Shown here piece by piece: positions 37,186-46,339 of a stretch of 64,000 bases of DNA. A program made the position numbers and the translations under genes. Under the pieces are notes generated by a model. The model saw nothing but the letters and a program-made list of their open reading frames with translations. It searched no databases and was not told the origin of the DNA. The stretch is taken from NCBI GenBank assembly GCA_958422985.1, contig CATZPY010000003.1, positions 21,671 through 85,670 on the forward strand. The letters are read 5' to 3'. Each line of letters begins with the position of its first letter. Positions within the stretch are counted from its first letter, which is position 1. The stretch is from an uncultured Clostridium sp. (GTDB taxonomy: Bacteria > Bacillota > Clostridia > TANB77 > CAG-508).

Positions 37186-37582
37186 TTAAACATTATCAAT
37201 TTTCCGTTTTTTATCTTTTGAATTTTTAGAGCTTCTAGAAACTAACCTTTCACTTTTCTCCCATTCTGAAACGCTTCGCTCTAAAATACAAAAATATTTC
37301 CCGTTTACACTTGATGGATATTTATTTTCATAAAAGTCATTATCCACATAAAATATCTCCCCTCTTTCCTCATCTGTAGATTTTAAAGTTTTAGATAATT
37401 AATATCATCTTCCGAATGTGCTAGACAATTATACGTATCTGTAATAAATAAGATTTTTAAACTTATTAAAATATGAGCAATTGCTTCTAATGGTTCAATA
37501 CTATAGATATAATTTGGTTCTCTTTTTCATATTTTTCCGCAACAAAACGTTCAATCGTAGTAGTATCAATGCTTTTAAACAT
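37186..37582 (-). pseudogene. Decayed ORF remnant (three frame segments, unknown family)
   Basis: The minus-strand translation gives MFKSIDTTTIERFVAEKYEKENQIISIVLNH*, then in another frame EPLEAIAHILISLKILFITDTYNCLAHSEDDINYLKL*, then STDEERGEIFYVDNDFYENKYPSSVNGKYFCILERSVSEWEKSERLVSRSSKNSKDKKRKIDNV*. The pattern is consistent with one gene broken by two frameshifts. Confidence 0.35.
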
Positions 37583-37583
37583 T

Positions 37584-37606
37584 GACGCACGAGAATCGAT
37601 TTTAAG
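37584..37606 (+). repeat. 23-bp direct repeat, copy 2
   Basis: It is a perfect match to 36787..36809, 797 bp downstream. Confidence 0.85.
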
Positions 37607-37687
37607 GCATTTTTATATTTTAGTCATATAATTTCATTGCTAAAAAACAAGAAATTTTACTATTTTTAATATAATTATATATTTTAA

Positions 37688-37716
37688 TTGAATTTACTTA
37701 TAAAATATCATATAAT
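37688..37716 (+). promoter_or_regulatory. Candidate sigma-A promoter of asnS
   Basis: TTGAAT (37688-37693), a 17-nt spacer, then TATAAT (37711-37716), about 30 nt upstream of the ATG. Confidence 0.45.
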
Positions 37717-37747
37717 ATGAGAAGATTTTATATTTTAGGAGGAAAAT

Positions 37748-39139
37748 ATGGAAAAAGTTATTTTAAAAGATTTATATAAAAATTCAAAAAATTATGCAGA
37801 TAAAAACATATGTATAGAAGGTTGGGTTCGTACAATTAGAGATTCTAAAACTTTTGGTTTTATCGAGCTAAATGATGGTACATTCTTTAAAAATGTACAA
37901 ATTGTATTTAATGATACATTATCTAATTTCGCTGATATTTGTAAACTTACTATAAGCTCTACAATAAAAGTAGAAGGTAAATTTATCTTAACAGAAAATG
38001 CAAAACAACCTTTCGAAATACAAGCTACAGGAGTAGAAATAGAATGTTTGTCAGATTCTACTTATCCACTTCAAAAGAAAAGACATACATTTGAATATTT
38101 AAGAACTATTGCCCATTTACGTCCAAGAAGCAATACATTTAATGCAGTATTTAGAGTTAGAAGTGCACTAGCATACGCTATTCACAAATTCTTTCAAGAA
38201 AAAGGCTTTGTATATGTAAATACACCTCTTATTACTGCAAGTGATGCTGAAGGTGCTGGTGAAATGTTTAATGTAAATTCATTTGATCTAAATAATCTTC
38301 CTAAGGACGATAAAGGAAATGTAGATTTTACACAAGACTTCTTTGGAAAACCTTCACATCTAACAGTTAGTGGACAATTAAATGCTGAAACATTTGCAGA
38401 AGCCTTTTGTAACGTATATACATTTGGTCCAACATTTCGTGCTGAAAATTCTAATACAGTTAAACATGCTGCAGAATTTTGGATGGTCGAACCAGAAATA
38501 TGTTTTGCGGATTTAAAAGATGACATGGACTTAGCAGAAGAAATGATTAAATATATATTTAAATATGTTTTAGATAATTATCCAGAAGAAATGCAATTCT
38601 TTAATAACTTTGTAGACAAAGGCTTATTAGATAGGCTAAATAATGTTATTAATTCTGAATTTGCTAGAATTAGCTATACAGATGCAGTTGCAGAATTAGA
38701 AAAACATAATGATGAATTCGAATATAAAGTTAGTTGGGGTGTTGACTTACAAACAGAGCATGAAAGATATTTATGTGAAAAAATATTCGGAAAGCCTGTA
38801 TTTGTAACAGATTACCCTAAAGAAATTAAAGCATTTTATATGAAGTTAAATGATGATGGAAAGACAGTTGCAGCAGCTGACTTATTAGCACCAGGAATTG
38901 GCGAAATAATTGGTGGAAGCCAAAGAGAAGATGATTACAATAAACTTCTTGATAGAATAAAAGAACTAGATATGCCTATAGAAAACTATAGTTGGTATTT
39001 AGATTTAAGAAAATATGGAAGCTGTAAACATGCTGGATTTGGACTTGGTTTTGAAAGAGCAATTATGTATTTGACAGGTATGCAAAATATACGTGATGTT
39101 ATTCCTTTTCCAAGAACTCCAAATAATTGCGAATTCTAA
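37748..39139 (+). CDS. asnS: Asparagine--tRNA ligase
   Basis: It is 463 aa with an N-terminal OB fold ([20 protein letters not shown]) and class IIb motifs ([42 protein letters not shown]). Confidence 0.95.
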   Translation: MEKVILKDLYKNSKNYADKNICIEGWVRTIRDSKTFGFIELNDGTFFKNVQIVFNDTLSNFADICKLTISSTIKVEGKFILTENAKQPFEIQATGVEIECLSDSTYPLQKKRHTFEYLRTIAHLRPRSNTFNAVFRVRSALAYAIHKFFQEKGFVYVNTPLITASDAEGAGEMFNVNSFDLNNLPKDDKGNVDFTQDFFGKPSHLTVSGQLNAETFAEAFCNVYTFGPTFRAENSNTVKHAAEFWMVEPEICFADLKDDMDLAEEMIKYIFKYVLDNYPEEMQFFNNFVDKGLLDRLNNVINSEFARISYTDAVAELEKHNDEFEYKVSWGVDLQTEHERYLCEKIFGKPVFVTDYPKEIKAFYMKLNDDGKTVAAADLLAPGIGEIIGGSQREDDYNKLLDRIKELDMPIENYSWYLDLRKYGSCKHAGFGLGFERAIMYLTGMQNIRDVIPFPRTPNNCEF

Positions 39140-39202
39140 TAAATACAATCATTAACGCAATATATAGTAGCTATACTACTGTATAATTTACAGCTATATG
39201 TA

Positions 39203-39239
39203 AAATCCTCTATTATATAATAAAAATAGGGGATTTTTT
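39203..39239 (+). terminator. Rho-independent terminator after asnS
   Basis: AAATCCTCTATT / AATAGGGGATTT forms a 12-bp stem with one G-U pair, followed by a T-run. Confidence 0.6.
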
Positions 39240-39255
39240 GTGCTATAAAGAAACT

Positions 39256-39311
39256 AAAACTGAGATTTTAAGGATCATCCTCCAATCTATGAGGCATCCA
39301 AAATCCCAGTT
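39256..39311 (+). repeat. Dispersed hairpin repeat family 1 (copy C, with internal insertion)
   Basis: The sequence is AAAACTGAGATTTTAAGGATCATCCTCCAATCTATGAGGCATCCAAAATCCCAGTT. It lies between the convergent asnS and rho genes. Confidence 0.55.
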
Positions 39312-39318
39312 ATATTTA

Positions 39319-40638
39319 CTATTTAAATCTTCTTAAATATAAGTCTATTTTATCTAAAAATTCTGTATTATTTTTTGTAGCAACCATTTGCGAAATAATG
39401 TTCTCTGTTACATCTGCTACTGGTAAATTATTTAATGCTTTACGCAATGCATATACTGTTTCCATTTCTTTAGTATTAAGTAATAAATCTTCTCTTCTTG
39501 TTCCAGATTTATTAATGTCTATTGCAGGGAAAATACGTTTTTCAGATAATTTTCTATCTAAATGTACTTCCATATTACCTGTACCTTTAAATTCTTCGAA
39601 TATTACTTCATCCATCCTGCTTCCTGTTTCTATTAAAGCTGATGCAAGAATTGTTAAACTTCCACCATTTTCTATATTTCTTGCTGCTCCAAAGAATTTT
39701 TTGGGTTTATGTAATGCATTTGGGTCAAGACCACCAGATAAAGTTCTTCCAGAAGAAGGAATAACTAAATTGTACGCTCTAGCAAGTCTTGTTATACTAT
39801 CAAGTAATATAACAACATCTTTTCCCTGTTCTACAAGCCTTTTTGATCTTTCTATAACCATTTCTGCAACTTTAACATGGTGTTCTGGTAATTCATCAAA
39901 TGTAGAATAAATTACTTCACCGTTTATAGAACGTTTCATGTCTGTAACTTCCTCAGGTCTTTCATCTATTAATAAAACTATTAACTCTATTTCGGGATTG
40001 TTTTTAGTAATACTGTTTGCAAATTTCTTAATTAATGTTGTTTTTCCTACTTTAGGTGGTGCAACAATCATTCCTCTTTGACCTTTTCCTATAGGGCTTA
40101 TTAAGTCTATTATCCTCATTGCATATTCTTTAGGATCTGTTTCTAATTTAATTCTTTCAGTTGGATAAATAGGTGTTAAGTCATCGAATTTCTTTCTTCT
40201 ATAAGATTTCTCTGGAGATTCACCATTTACTTCTCCTACAAATATTAAAGATGGAAATCTTTCTCCTTCTTTTGCCATTCTCGAAATTCCTTTTATATGG
40301 TCTCCTGTATCTAATCTAAATCTTCTAATTTGAATTGGAGATATATATACATCATCTGGTGTAGAAAGATAATTGTCTCCTCTTAAAAAGCCATATCCAT
40401 CTGGTAATACTTCTAATATTCCTTCTGCTATTTTATCATCACTATTTGTAATTTTAAATGATGTATTGTTTTCTTGCATTATATTTTCATTTTTGTTTTT
40501 CTTTTCAGTTATATTATTTTCACTATTTTCATTTAATAAGTCAATTAATTCACTTTTTTTGTATTTTGAATATCCTTTAATATCTTTGTTTTTTGCAAGC
40601 TCTCTTAATTCACTTAGACTAAAATCTTCTAAGTTCAT
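39319..40638 (-). CDS. rho: Transcription termination factor Rho
   Basis: It has the Rho N-terminal domain ([28 protein letters not shown]), the RNA-binding [14 protein letters not shown], Walker A ([16 protein letters not shown]), and [10 protein letters not shown]. Confidence 0.95.
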   Translation of the reverse strand: MNLEDFSLSELRELAKNKDIKGYSKYKKSELIDLLNENSENNITEKKNKNENIMQENNTSFKITNSDDKIAEGILEVLPDGYGFLRGDNYLSTPDDVYISPIQIRRFRLDTGDHIKGISRMAKEGERFPSLIFVGEVNGESPEKSYRRKKFDDLTPIYPTERIKLETDPKEYAMRIIDLISPIGKGQRGMIVAPPKVGKTTLIKKFANSITKNNPEIELIVLLIDERPEEVTDMKRSINGEVIYSTFDELPEHHVKVAEMVIERSKRLVEQGKDVVILLDSITRLARAYNLVIPSSGRTLSGGLDPNALHKPKKFFGAARNIENGGSLTILASALIETGSRMDEVIFEEFKGTGNMEVHLDRKLSEKRIFPAIDINKSGTRREDLLLNTKEMETVYALRKALNNLPVADVTENIISQMVATKNNTEFLDKIDLYLRRFK

Positions 40639-40715
40639 AAAATCCCTCCTATATTTAATTGTAATTGCATGAGAAATAATATCTAGAATAAAAAAGAAAT
40701 AGAAAAATAAACGGA

Positions 40716-40780
40716 TAAAAAAAGAATTGTATATCTGTTATTAAAAAAGATAAGAAATTTTAGGGTTAATAACAGATATA
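40716..40780 (-). terminator. Rho-independent terminator after divIC
   Basis: The perfect 15-bp inverted repeat TATATCTGTTATTAA / TTAATAACAGATATA (40730-40744 and 40766-40780) is followed on the minus strand by CAATTCTTTTTTT. Confidence 0.65.
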
Positions 40781-40825
40781 TAATATATAAATCTTTAGAT
40801 TTCCATAGTTAATATATTTTAAAAT

Positions 40826-41110
40826 TTATTTATTAGCATCAACATATACTCTTTCATTAGGTAAATACATATCTAATTTGTCTCTTGCAATTTGTTCTAT
40901 ATATTCATCTGAATTTATGTTTGCTTTCATGTCTGCTAATTCATTTTTATATTCTTGTTGTTCTTGAATTTGTTCAGAAACATAATCTTGTTCTGCTTTA
41001 TAAGAATTTAATGTTGTTTGTTGTTTTACAATAATATAAATAAAATAAGATAGTACAATTAAAATTATAATAACTTTTAATATTTTTTTATTTCTAAAAA
41101 CATTTTTCAT
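40826..41110 (-). CDS. divIC: Septum formation initiator family protein (DivIC/FtsB)
   Basis: At 94 aa it has an N-terminal TM helix, a coiled coil, and the C-terminal IEQIARDKLDMYLPNERVY motif. It has the conserved position after yabP-yabQ. Confidence 0.8.
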   Translation of the reverse strand: MKNVFRNKKILKVIIILIVLSYFIYIIVKQQTTLNSYKAEQDYVSEQIQEQQEYKNELADMKANINSDEYIEQIARDKLDMYLPNERVYVDANK

Positions 41111-41146
41111 AAGTATATTCTCTCTCCTATAATCAATTCCCTATAA

Positions 41147-41566
41147 TTATATATTATAATTATCCTTTTGTATAGGTTTTTTTGAGTTATTTTTACATTT
41201 TTGATGAAAATTATTTTTTAAGTACAAAATTTTCTTAAATAATGCTAAAAAACTGTCTAATATTTTTTTTATTGGTGTAAGTACTTTTAAAAATATATTA
41301 TTCACAAATTTAGTAAATAATATTATGTACATAGCTATTCCTATTAAAATACCAATAAAAAGATATGCACGTAATTCTCCTTCATTAAATTTAAATATTG
41401 CTGAAATTATTAAACCTCCCGATATTACCCAAAAAGAAATATCTTCTATATATGTAAAAAAGTTATTGGTTTTAAACTTTTTTCTTAATATTCTAAATAT
41501 GTCAAATACAAAACTTATAATTATACCTAAAACGATAAATACACAAAAATTATATAGTTGTACCAT
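41147..41566 (-). CDS. yabQ: Spore cortex biosynthesis protein YabQ
   Basis: It is a small polytopic membrane protein with FVFDIFRILRKKF...IEDISFWVISG. It is in synteny with yabP. Confidence 0.75.
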   Translation of the reverse strand: MVQLYNFCVFIVLGIIISFVFDIFRILRKKFKTNNFFTYIEDISFWVISGGLIISAIFKFNEGELRAYLFIGILIGIAMYIILFTKFVNNIFLKVLTPIKKILDSFLALFKKILYLKNNFHQKCKNNSKKPIQKDNYNI

Positions 41567-41579
41567 ACAAAACCTCTAC

Positions 41580-41873
41580 CTATTTGAAAATCTTACTAAA
41601 CAAACTTTCTCCTTTACTTTCTTCTGAATTTTGACTATAGCTCATACTGCTTATATTTCCCTCTATTTTAACTTCACTTTCATCTATATTTAACTTGTTT
41701 ATTTTTAGTTCATTTCCCTTTACTGTAAGCATGCCTAAATCTGTAGAAAGAATAACCACTTGATCATCGAAACTTAAAATATCATTTATGCCTGTTACAT
41801 TTAATCGTTCTCTGTTTTCTAATACTATATTTTGAATAACATTAATATTGTTTTGTCTTCTTTCATCTATCAT
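41580..41873 (-). CDS. yabP: Sporulation protein YabP
   Basis: At 97 aa it reads IVLENRERLNVTGINDILSFDDQVVILSTDLGMLTVKGNELKINKLNIDESEVKIEGNISSMSY, which is the YabP pattern. Confidence 0.85.
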   Translation of the reverse strand: MIDERRQNNINVIQNIVLENRERLNVTGINDILSFDDQVVILSTDLGMLTVKGNELKINKLNIDESEVKIEGNISSMSYSQNSEESKGESLFSKIFK

Positions 41874-42051
41874 AACTCGTACCTCCTAAACTATATATAT
41901 TCAGAATTTCTATAAATTATTACAATTTATAGAAATTTATACTTCTTATATAAGTAGAATATTATTAATACACAAAATAACACCTACCTTTCGATAAGTG
42001 TTATCTGATAATTTATTTTCGTAAACTAAAGATTTACTCTACCTCATTGTA

Positions 42052-43872
42052 TTATTTAATAATAGTTTTATCTTGGTCTTGTTGTTTTAATTTTAAATAT
42101 CCAAGTTCTTCCCAGCGATTGTATGCTAAGTTTAATCTAAATAGTAATTTAGGCTTAGCACCTGCTCTGTTTTTATCTACAACACAAGCATAATATCGTA
42201 CGTCTGGATCATCATATTTTACTAAATCGTAGCACTTTTCGTCCATTTCTTCTATAGAATATTCATAATCTTTATAATTTTCATGGTTAATTTGTTTTAC
42301 TAAAGTTAGTGTATCTAATACTTCTTTTACTGTTCTACTTGCTTGTAAATCGTTTATTGTTAAATTAATTGGCCATGTAGCAGTTTCTGTTAATTGTAAT
42401 GTAGAAAATATAAACATATTAAAGTTTTGTGCTAAATTAGAAAGAATTGTAGCAGTTTTCTTAACCTCTTCCCCATTTCCTATATGCTCTGTGTCTGTTT
42501 TTAATGTATCATAAAATACATATTCTATATGCTTCATATAATAATAATTCATTATAACTTTTAATAATTCGTCATTAGTATGGTCTGTTATATTAATAAA
42601 ATATATAGAATTATTTATTTCTTTATCTATCCAGTCTGTTACTGCAATTGTATCTCTAAACTCTTTAGAAATTTTTGCTAATCTCTTTACAAATTCTGGT
42701 CTTGTTTCTCCTTCTTCTGGCAATACAAAACCGTTTTCATCTATTTTTACATCTACATCTTCATCAGGTCTAAATTTGAATTCTAATAATTCTCCTTCTG
42801 TTTTGCATAATTTCTTACCATGTATTTTTTGAATTTCTGGATCATTTATTATAGTTGTCATTAAACATAATTTCATCTTTTCTTCTGACATTTCATTAGA
42901 AATTACTAAAACTCTTTTTTTATGCACTAAAGATAAGTTTGCTACTAAATTAATTGTAAATCTACTTTTTCCAGAGTTTGATGGCATTGCTATTGCCATT
43001 GTTTCTCCTTTCCTTAAACCTTTAAATTCTTTTGTTAAACGTGCAAAAGGTAAAGGAATTCCTTTAGTTAAATTATTTTCTCCTGTTTCTAAAAATTCTG
43101 TAAGTCCTCTATTTAATACAGATCTTTTAAATTTTTCTGTGGCAGTAACTTGTTCTACAGCATTTTCTACTTCTTCTACAGACATTTTATCATATAGTTC
43201 ATAATTCTTAATTTCTACAACTTTATCTTGAATATTTTTAATAGGTATTTTTAAAAACCAATTTCTTAAAATAAATAATTTTTTTAAGTCGGTGTATACT
43301 TTTTCCATAGTAACTGATCTTTGTAATTTAATACGAGTTACTAATTGCTTTTTTAAGTCGTATACTTCTTTTGTTGTTTTAGCAAAGTTAAATTTTCTTT
43401 TTACTGCTTCTGGTGCATATTTTTCACCTTCTGTAAAAATAACACTTTTGTATAAATTAAGCATTCTTTCATCTTGAAAATATACTTCATCATATACAAA
43501 GTTGTAGCTTACTATATATCTTGGATCATAAAGTAATAAACCAATATAGTCTTTTTCTAAATCTAAATCTTGTAATTCGCTAGGAAATCTTTCTACTTCA
43601 TCTTCATTAATTTGTTCAGCCTCAAATTCTCGTTTTCCTTCTTCTAAAGCTGCTTGTTTTTCTTTTGCTTTCTTAGTTTGGTTTCTTTTTATTTCTTGCT
43701 TTCTCATTTGTAAAGCTTCATTTAATTCCTTTATGCCATCAAGTGCTTTTTTTAAGTCATTTTTTCCAATTGCATCTTTAATCTCTTGAATTTTTTTTGC
43801 ATTACCTTTCGTTACTGGTATATGATTTAACAAATCGTATAATTGTGATACATTGCTATCGTTTTTTTCCAT
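42052..43872 (-). CDS. DnaB-like helicase C-terminal-domain (RecA-fold) protein with a long coiled-coil N-terminal extension
   Basis: It has a DnaB N-terminal-like segment LEKDYIGLLLYDPRYI, Walker A (MAIAMPSNSGKSRFTINL), and a Walker B/DnaB H2-like segment (RVLVISNEMSEEKMKLCL). At 606 aa it is much longer than replicative DnaB/DnaC (about 440-450 aa). Confidence 0.55.
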   Translation of the reverse strand: MEKNDSNVSQLYDLLNHIPVTKGNAKKIQEIKDAIGKNDLKKALDGIKELNEALQMRKQEIKRNQTKKAKEKQAALEEGKREFEAEQINEDEVERFPSELQDLDLEKDYIGLLLYDPRYIVSYNFVYDEVYFQDERMLNLYKSVIFTEGEKYAPEAVKRKFNFAKTTKEVYDLKKQLVTRIKLQRSVTMEKVYTDLKKLFILRNWFLKIPIKNIQDKVVEIKNYELYDKMSVEEVENAVEQVTATEKFKRSVLNRGLTEFLETGENNLTKGIPLPFARLTKEFKGLRKGETMAIAMPSNSGKSRFTINLVANLSLVHKKRVLVISNEMSEEKMKLCLMTTIINDPEIQKIHGKKLCKTEGELLEFKFRPDEDVDVKIDENGFVLPEEGETRPEFVKRLAKISKEFRDTIAVTDWIDKEINNSIYFINITDHTNDELLKVIMNYYYMKHIEYVFYDTLKTDTEHIGNGEEVKKTATILSNLAQNFNMFIFSTLQLTETATWPINLTINDLQASRTVKEVLDTLTLVKQINHENYKDYEYSIEEMDEKCYDLVKYDDPDVRYYACVVDKNRAGAKPKLLFRLNLAYNRWEELGYLKLKQQDQDKTIIK

Positions 43873-43994
43873 TTTGCTACTCCCTTTTTTCTTATATTTA
43901 ATTCATTATATCAATAATAAAATAGTTTTTAAAGTATTTAAAATAAAAAATATATAGATTTTTTTGCATATAATTACTATATATTTTTTATTTT

Positions 43995-44027
43995 ACAGAA
44001 AAAAACGGGAACTATTCCCGTTTTTTT
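43995..44027 (-). terminator. Hairpin terminator overlapping the stop codon of the 163-aa ORF
   Basis: AAAAAACGGGAA-CTAT-TCCCGTTTTTTT is symmetric, with A/T runs on both sides. Confidence 0.6.
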
Positions 44028-44503
44028 CCTGTTTCTTTAGAGGCAAGATAAAATTTAACTCTTCTTAAAATTTCTTTATCTTCTTCTTTAATGGTTAAGC
44101 CAAAATCCCACTGTCCTAGGTTTTTGCGTTCACATATAGCGACATAGAGAGCATCTGTTTGCATTAAGTCTGCAACTACAGTTTTTATATCCTCCATCTC
44201 TTGCTTGTTAGCTTTCATAAACAGTCGTGAAAGCTGTACAATCTTAATAAGCGATGGATTTCGCATCATTTCTTCTTCAAGAGTAATCTTTTTTAACTCC
44301 TTATGAACTAATCTTGCGAAATTTTTCTTGTTCCCATAGTTTCTTGATATCTTTTTGAATTCTGCAGGAAATCCTGGATCATCCAAAATTTCACTTTTTT
44401 CAATGTCTTTAGCAGATGCATATATAGCGCATTCGCAAAATTCTTCAACCAAGCTTTCATTTTTTCTTATTAACTCCCGACAAGCCTTTTCCAATTCTGT
44501 CAT
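44012..44503 (-). CDS. Hypothetical protein (about 163 aa), G+C-richer than its surroundings
   Basis: It is an open ORF with GGAGGT 7 nt upstream of the ATG at 44503. Two 60-nt lines counted by hand gave about 37-42% G+C. I recognise no motif. Confidence 0.5.
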   Translation of the reverse strand: MTELEKACRELIRKNESLVEEFCECAIYASAKDIEKSEILDDPGFPAEFKKISRNYGNKKNFARLVHKELKKITLEEEMMRNPSLIKIVQLSRLFMKANKQEMEDIKTVVADLMQTDALYVAICERKNLGQWDFGLTIKEEDKEILRRVKFYLASKETGKKRE

Positions 44504-44658
44504 GTTGTTTACCTCCATTTTCAACTATTTTTGTATCATACTTAATTATAACATAAATTTACATATTTTACTAGTATTACAGAGGTTAAATTGCACACCT
44601 TTACTTAATTTCACATTAAACGAAAAATTACTTTTTCTACTTAGCTTAAATTGTGTAC

Positions 44659-45198
44659 TTATATTTCAACATTAATATTTTTTTCTTCATTTTTTCTATC
44701 TGTTAATTCGAATAGTTCGCCTTCCTTAAAATTAAATATTTTCCCGATTATATTAGAAGGAAATACACTTAGTTTTGTATTGTATTTTGTTATATCATTA
44801 TTATAAATCCTTCTTGCAGCCTGTAATTCACTTTCTACCTTTATAAGGTTTTTTTGCAATTTTGCAAATTGTTCGCTTGCTTTTAACTCTGGATAGTTTT
44901 CAACTATTAGCATTAAATTTTCATATTCTCTATTTAGTTTATATATAGAATCTCTGTCATTTTTTTGGTTATATGCTGTTCTATACTCAGTTATTTTTGT
45001 TAAAATATCTTTTTCATAATTTGCATATTCCTTGGTTATTTCCACTAAATTTGGTATTAAGTCAAATCTTTTTTTTAGGTAAACATCAATTACGCTATAT
45101 GAATTATTTATCTGTTTTTTTAATTTCACAAAAATATTATATGTAACTATTATATATATAATTAAAGCAATTAGTATTAAAATTAATGCAACTAACAT
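44659..45198 (-). CDS. lemA: LemA family protein
   Basis: It has an N-terminal TM helix followed by YNIFVKLKKQINNSYSVIDVYLKKRFDLIPNLVEITKEYANYEKDILTKITEYR, which is typical of LemA. The RBS is GGAGAGAGG. Confidence 0.8.
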   Translation of the reverse strand: MLVALILILIALIIYIIVTYNIFVKLKKQINNSYSVIDVYLKKRFDLIPNLVEITKEYANYEKDILTKITEYRTAYNQKNDRDSIYKLNREYENLMLIVENYPELKASEQFAKLQKNLIKVESELQAARRIYNNDITKYNTKLSVFPSNIIGKIFNFKEGELFELTDRKNEEKNINVEI

Positions 45199-45317
45199 TT
45201 TTACCTCTCTCCTATCTTTTTTATATAAAATAATTATATTCTTTAAAATAAAAATTGTCAAAAAATTTACATAGCAAATAACTTATGGTAAAATAACCTC
45301 AATAGGAGGTTTTACAA

Positions 45318-46325
45318 ATGATATTTTTAGAAATTTTAGTTGCAATATTCGTTGGTTTCTTAGTATACAAATTTATTCTAATGCCAAACTTTTCTAATAA
45401 GAAAATAGAGCTTTCACAGATACCAGATTCTTTTCATGATATATTTACAAAATTTAATAATTTAGACTTCTCCGAGATACTTTCTATAAAGAAAAAACTG
45501 TTATTTTATACTGTTTCTGGAATATTGTGCTTTGTTTTACTATTATTTACTTTTATTTTTACTTATTTAAATTCTTTTAATATGGCATTTTCTATTATAC
45601 CAGCAGTAGCTTTGCTTATTATAATTGTTATGTTTTTATTAGAATTTAAAAAGTTTAAACTTAAATATTCAAATGTTATAGAACGTTTCATACAATTAAT
45701 AAATATAGATTTAAATTATAATAATACATCTTATGAAAATGAAGAAAATTATTATCAATCTGCATGTTTTGACAATTTAGAACTTAAAAGTTTGATAACT
45801 AAAGATACTATGAGTGGATGTACTAAAGAAAATTATAAATTTTATGCTTCTAATATAGTTGCAACCTCCACTACAGAAAATGTATTTAACGGAATTTTTG
45901 CTACTGTTATTTTGAATAAAGCTGTTCCTTCTTATACAAAAATTAATACAGACAATTTGGAATATAATACATCATATGCATTAGGTGCTACAAATTCATT
46001 ATTAAAATACATAGAAATGGACAATTCAGATTTTAATAAAGTTTTACATGTATATTCAAATAATAGACTAAATACTCACGAAATATTAACTTCAGATATA
46101 TTGGATTATCTAACTGAATTTTATAAAAAATATAATGTGAATTTCCAAATTGTTTTCTCAGGCAATTATGTATATTTTAGATTTTTTATTAACCAATTAT
46201 TTACCCCATCTTTTATGGGTAATTTATTTAACGAAAATAATTTTGCATTGTGCTATATTATAATAACATTTATATTAGATATAATCGAAAAAATATCAAA
46301 TAATATGGCTAATTATGAAGAATAA
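45318..46325 (+). CDS. Membrane protein of unknown function (possibly the DUF3137 type often paired with LemA)
   Basis: It has about three TM helices in the N-terminal third and a soluble C-terminal domain. It is divergent from lemA. The family name is from memory only. Confidence 0.4.
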   Translation: MIFLEILVAIFVGFLVYKFILMPNFSNKKIELSQIPDSFHDIFTKFNNLDFSEILSIKKKLLFYTVSGILCFVLLLFTFIFTYLNSFNMAFSIIPAVALLIIIVMFLLEFKKFKLKYSNVIERFIQLINIDLNYNNTSYENEENYYQSACFDNLELKSLITKDTMSGCTKENYKFYASNIVATSTTENVFNGIFATVILNKAVPSYTKINTDNLEYNTSYALGATNSLLKYIEMDNSDFNKVLHVYSNNRLNTHEILTSDILDYLTEFYKKYNVNFQIVFSGNYVYFRFFINQLFTPSFMGNLFNENNFALCYIIITFILDIIEKISNNMANYEE

Positions 46326-46339
46326 TATAGGAGGAAAAA

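Noticed and set aside
37030-37221. A 63-aa hydrophobic plus-strand ORF in the ORF-free region (considered as a type I toxin-like peptide).
   Set aside because: It has no Shine-Dalgarno sequence before any of its Met codons, and it lies antisense to the decayed ORF remnant. It is most likely spurious.
37340-37348. A perfect DnaA-box 9-mer, TTATCCACA (oriC was considered).
   Set aside because: There is a single perfect box plus only weak partial matches nearby. No dnaA, dnaN or rpmH context is present. One chance occurrence of a 9-mer in 128 kb of two-strand AT-rich sequence is not surprising.
36585-37606. Repeated ATCGATTTTAAG-type motifs (considered as a CRISPR array).
   Set aside because: The spacing is irregular (about 30, 170 and 800 bp), the repeats are short and of unequal length, and there are no cas genes in the window.
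37560-37747. Expected T-box leader upstream of asnS, lysine riboswitch upstream of lysC (14697-14836), and PyrR attenuator upstream of uraA-upp (11083-11354).
   Set aside because: I found no T-box (AAxxGGGTGGTACCGCG-like) sequence, no L-box-sized structured leader (the lysC gap is only about 140 nt), and no PyrR-binding motif by eye. Absence cannot be proven without covariance-model scans.
39196-39206. A dif-like half site, ATATGTAAAAT, at the strand-switch junction.
   Set aside because: Only the XerD-arm-like half resembles the B. subtilis dif (TTATGTAAACT). No matching XerC arm or central spacer could be aligned.
40450-40540. An Asn-rich insertion near the Rho N-terminus ([25 protein letters not shown]), considered as a prion-like domain like that of Clostridium botulinum Rho.
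   Set aside because: The segment is only about 30 residues and the whole protein is 439 aa. That is far shorter than the roughly 250-aa Asn-rich insertion described for C. botulinum Rho.
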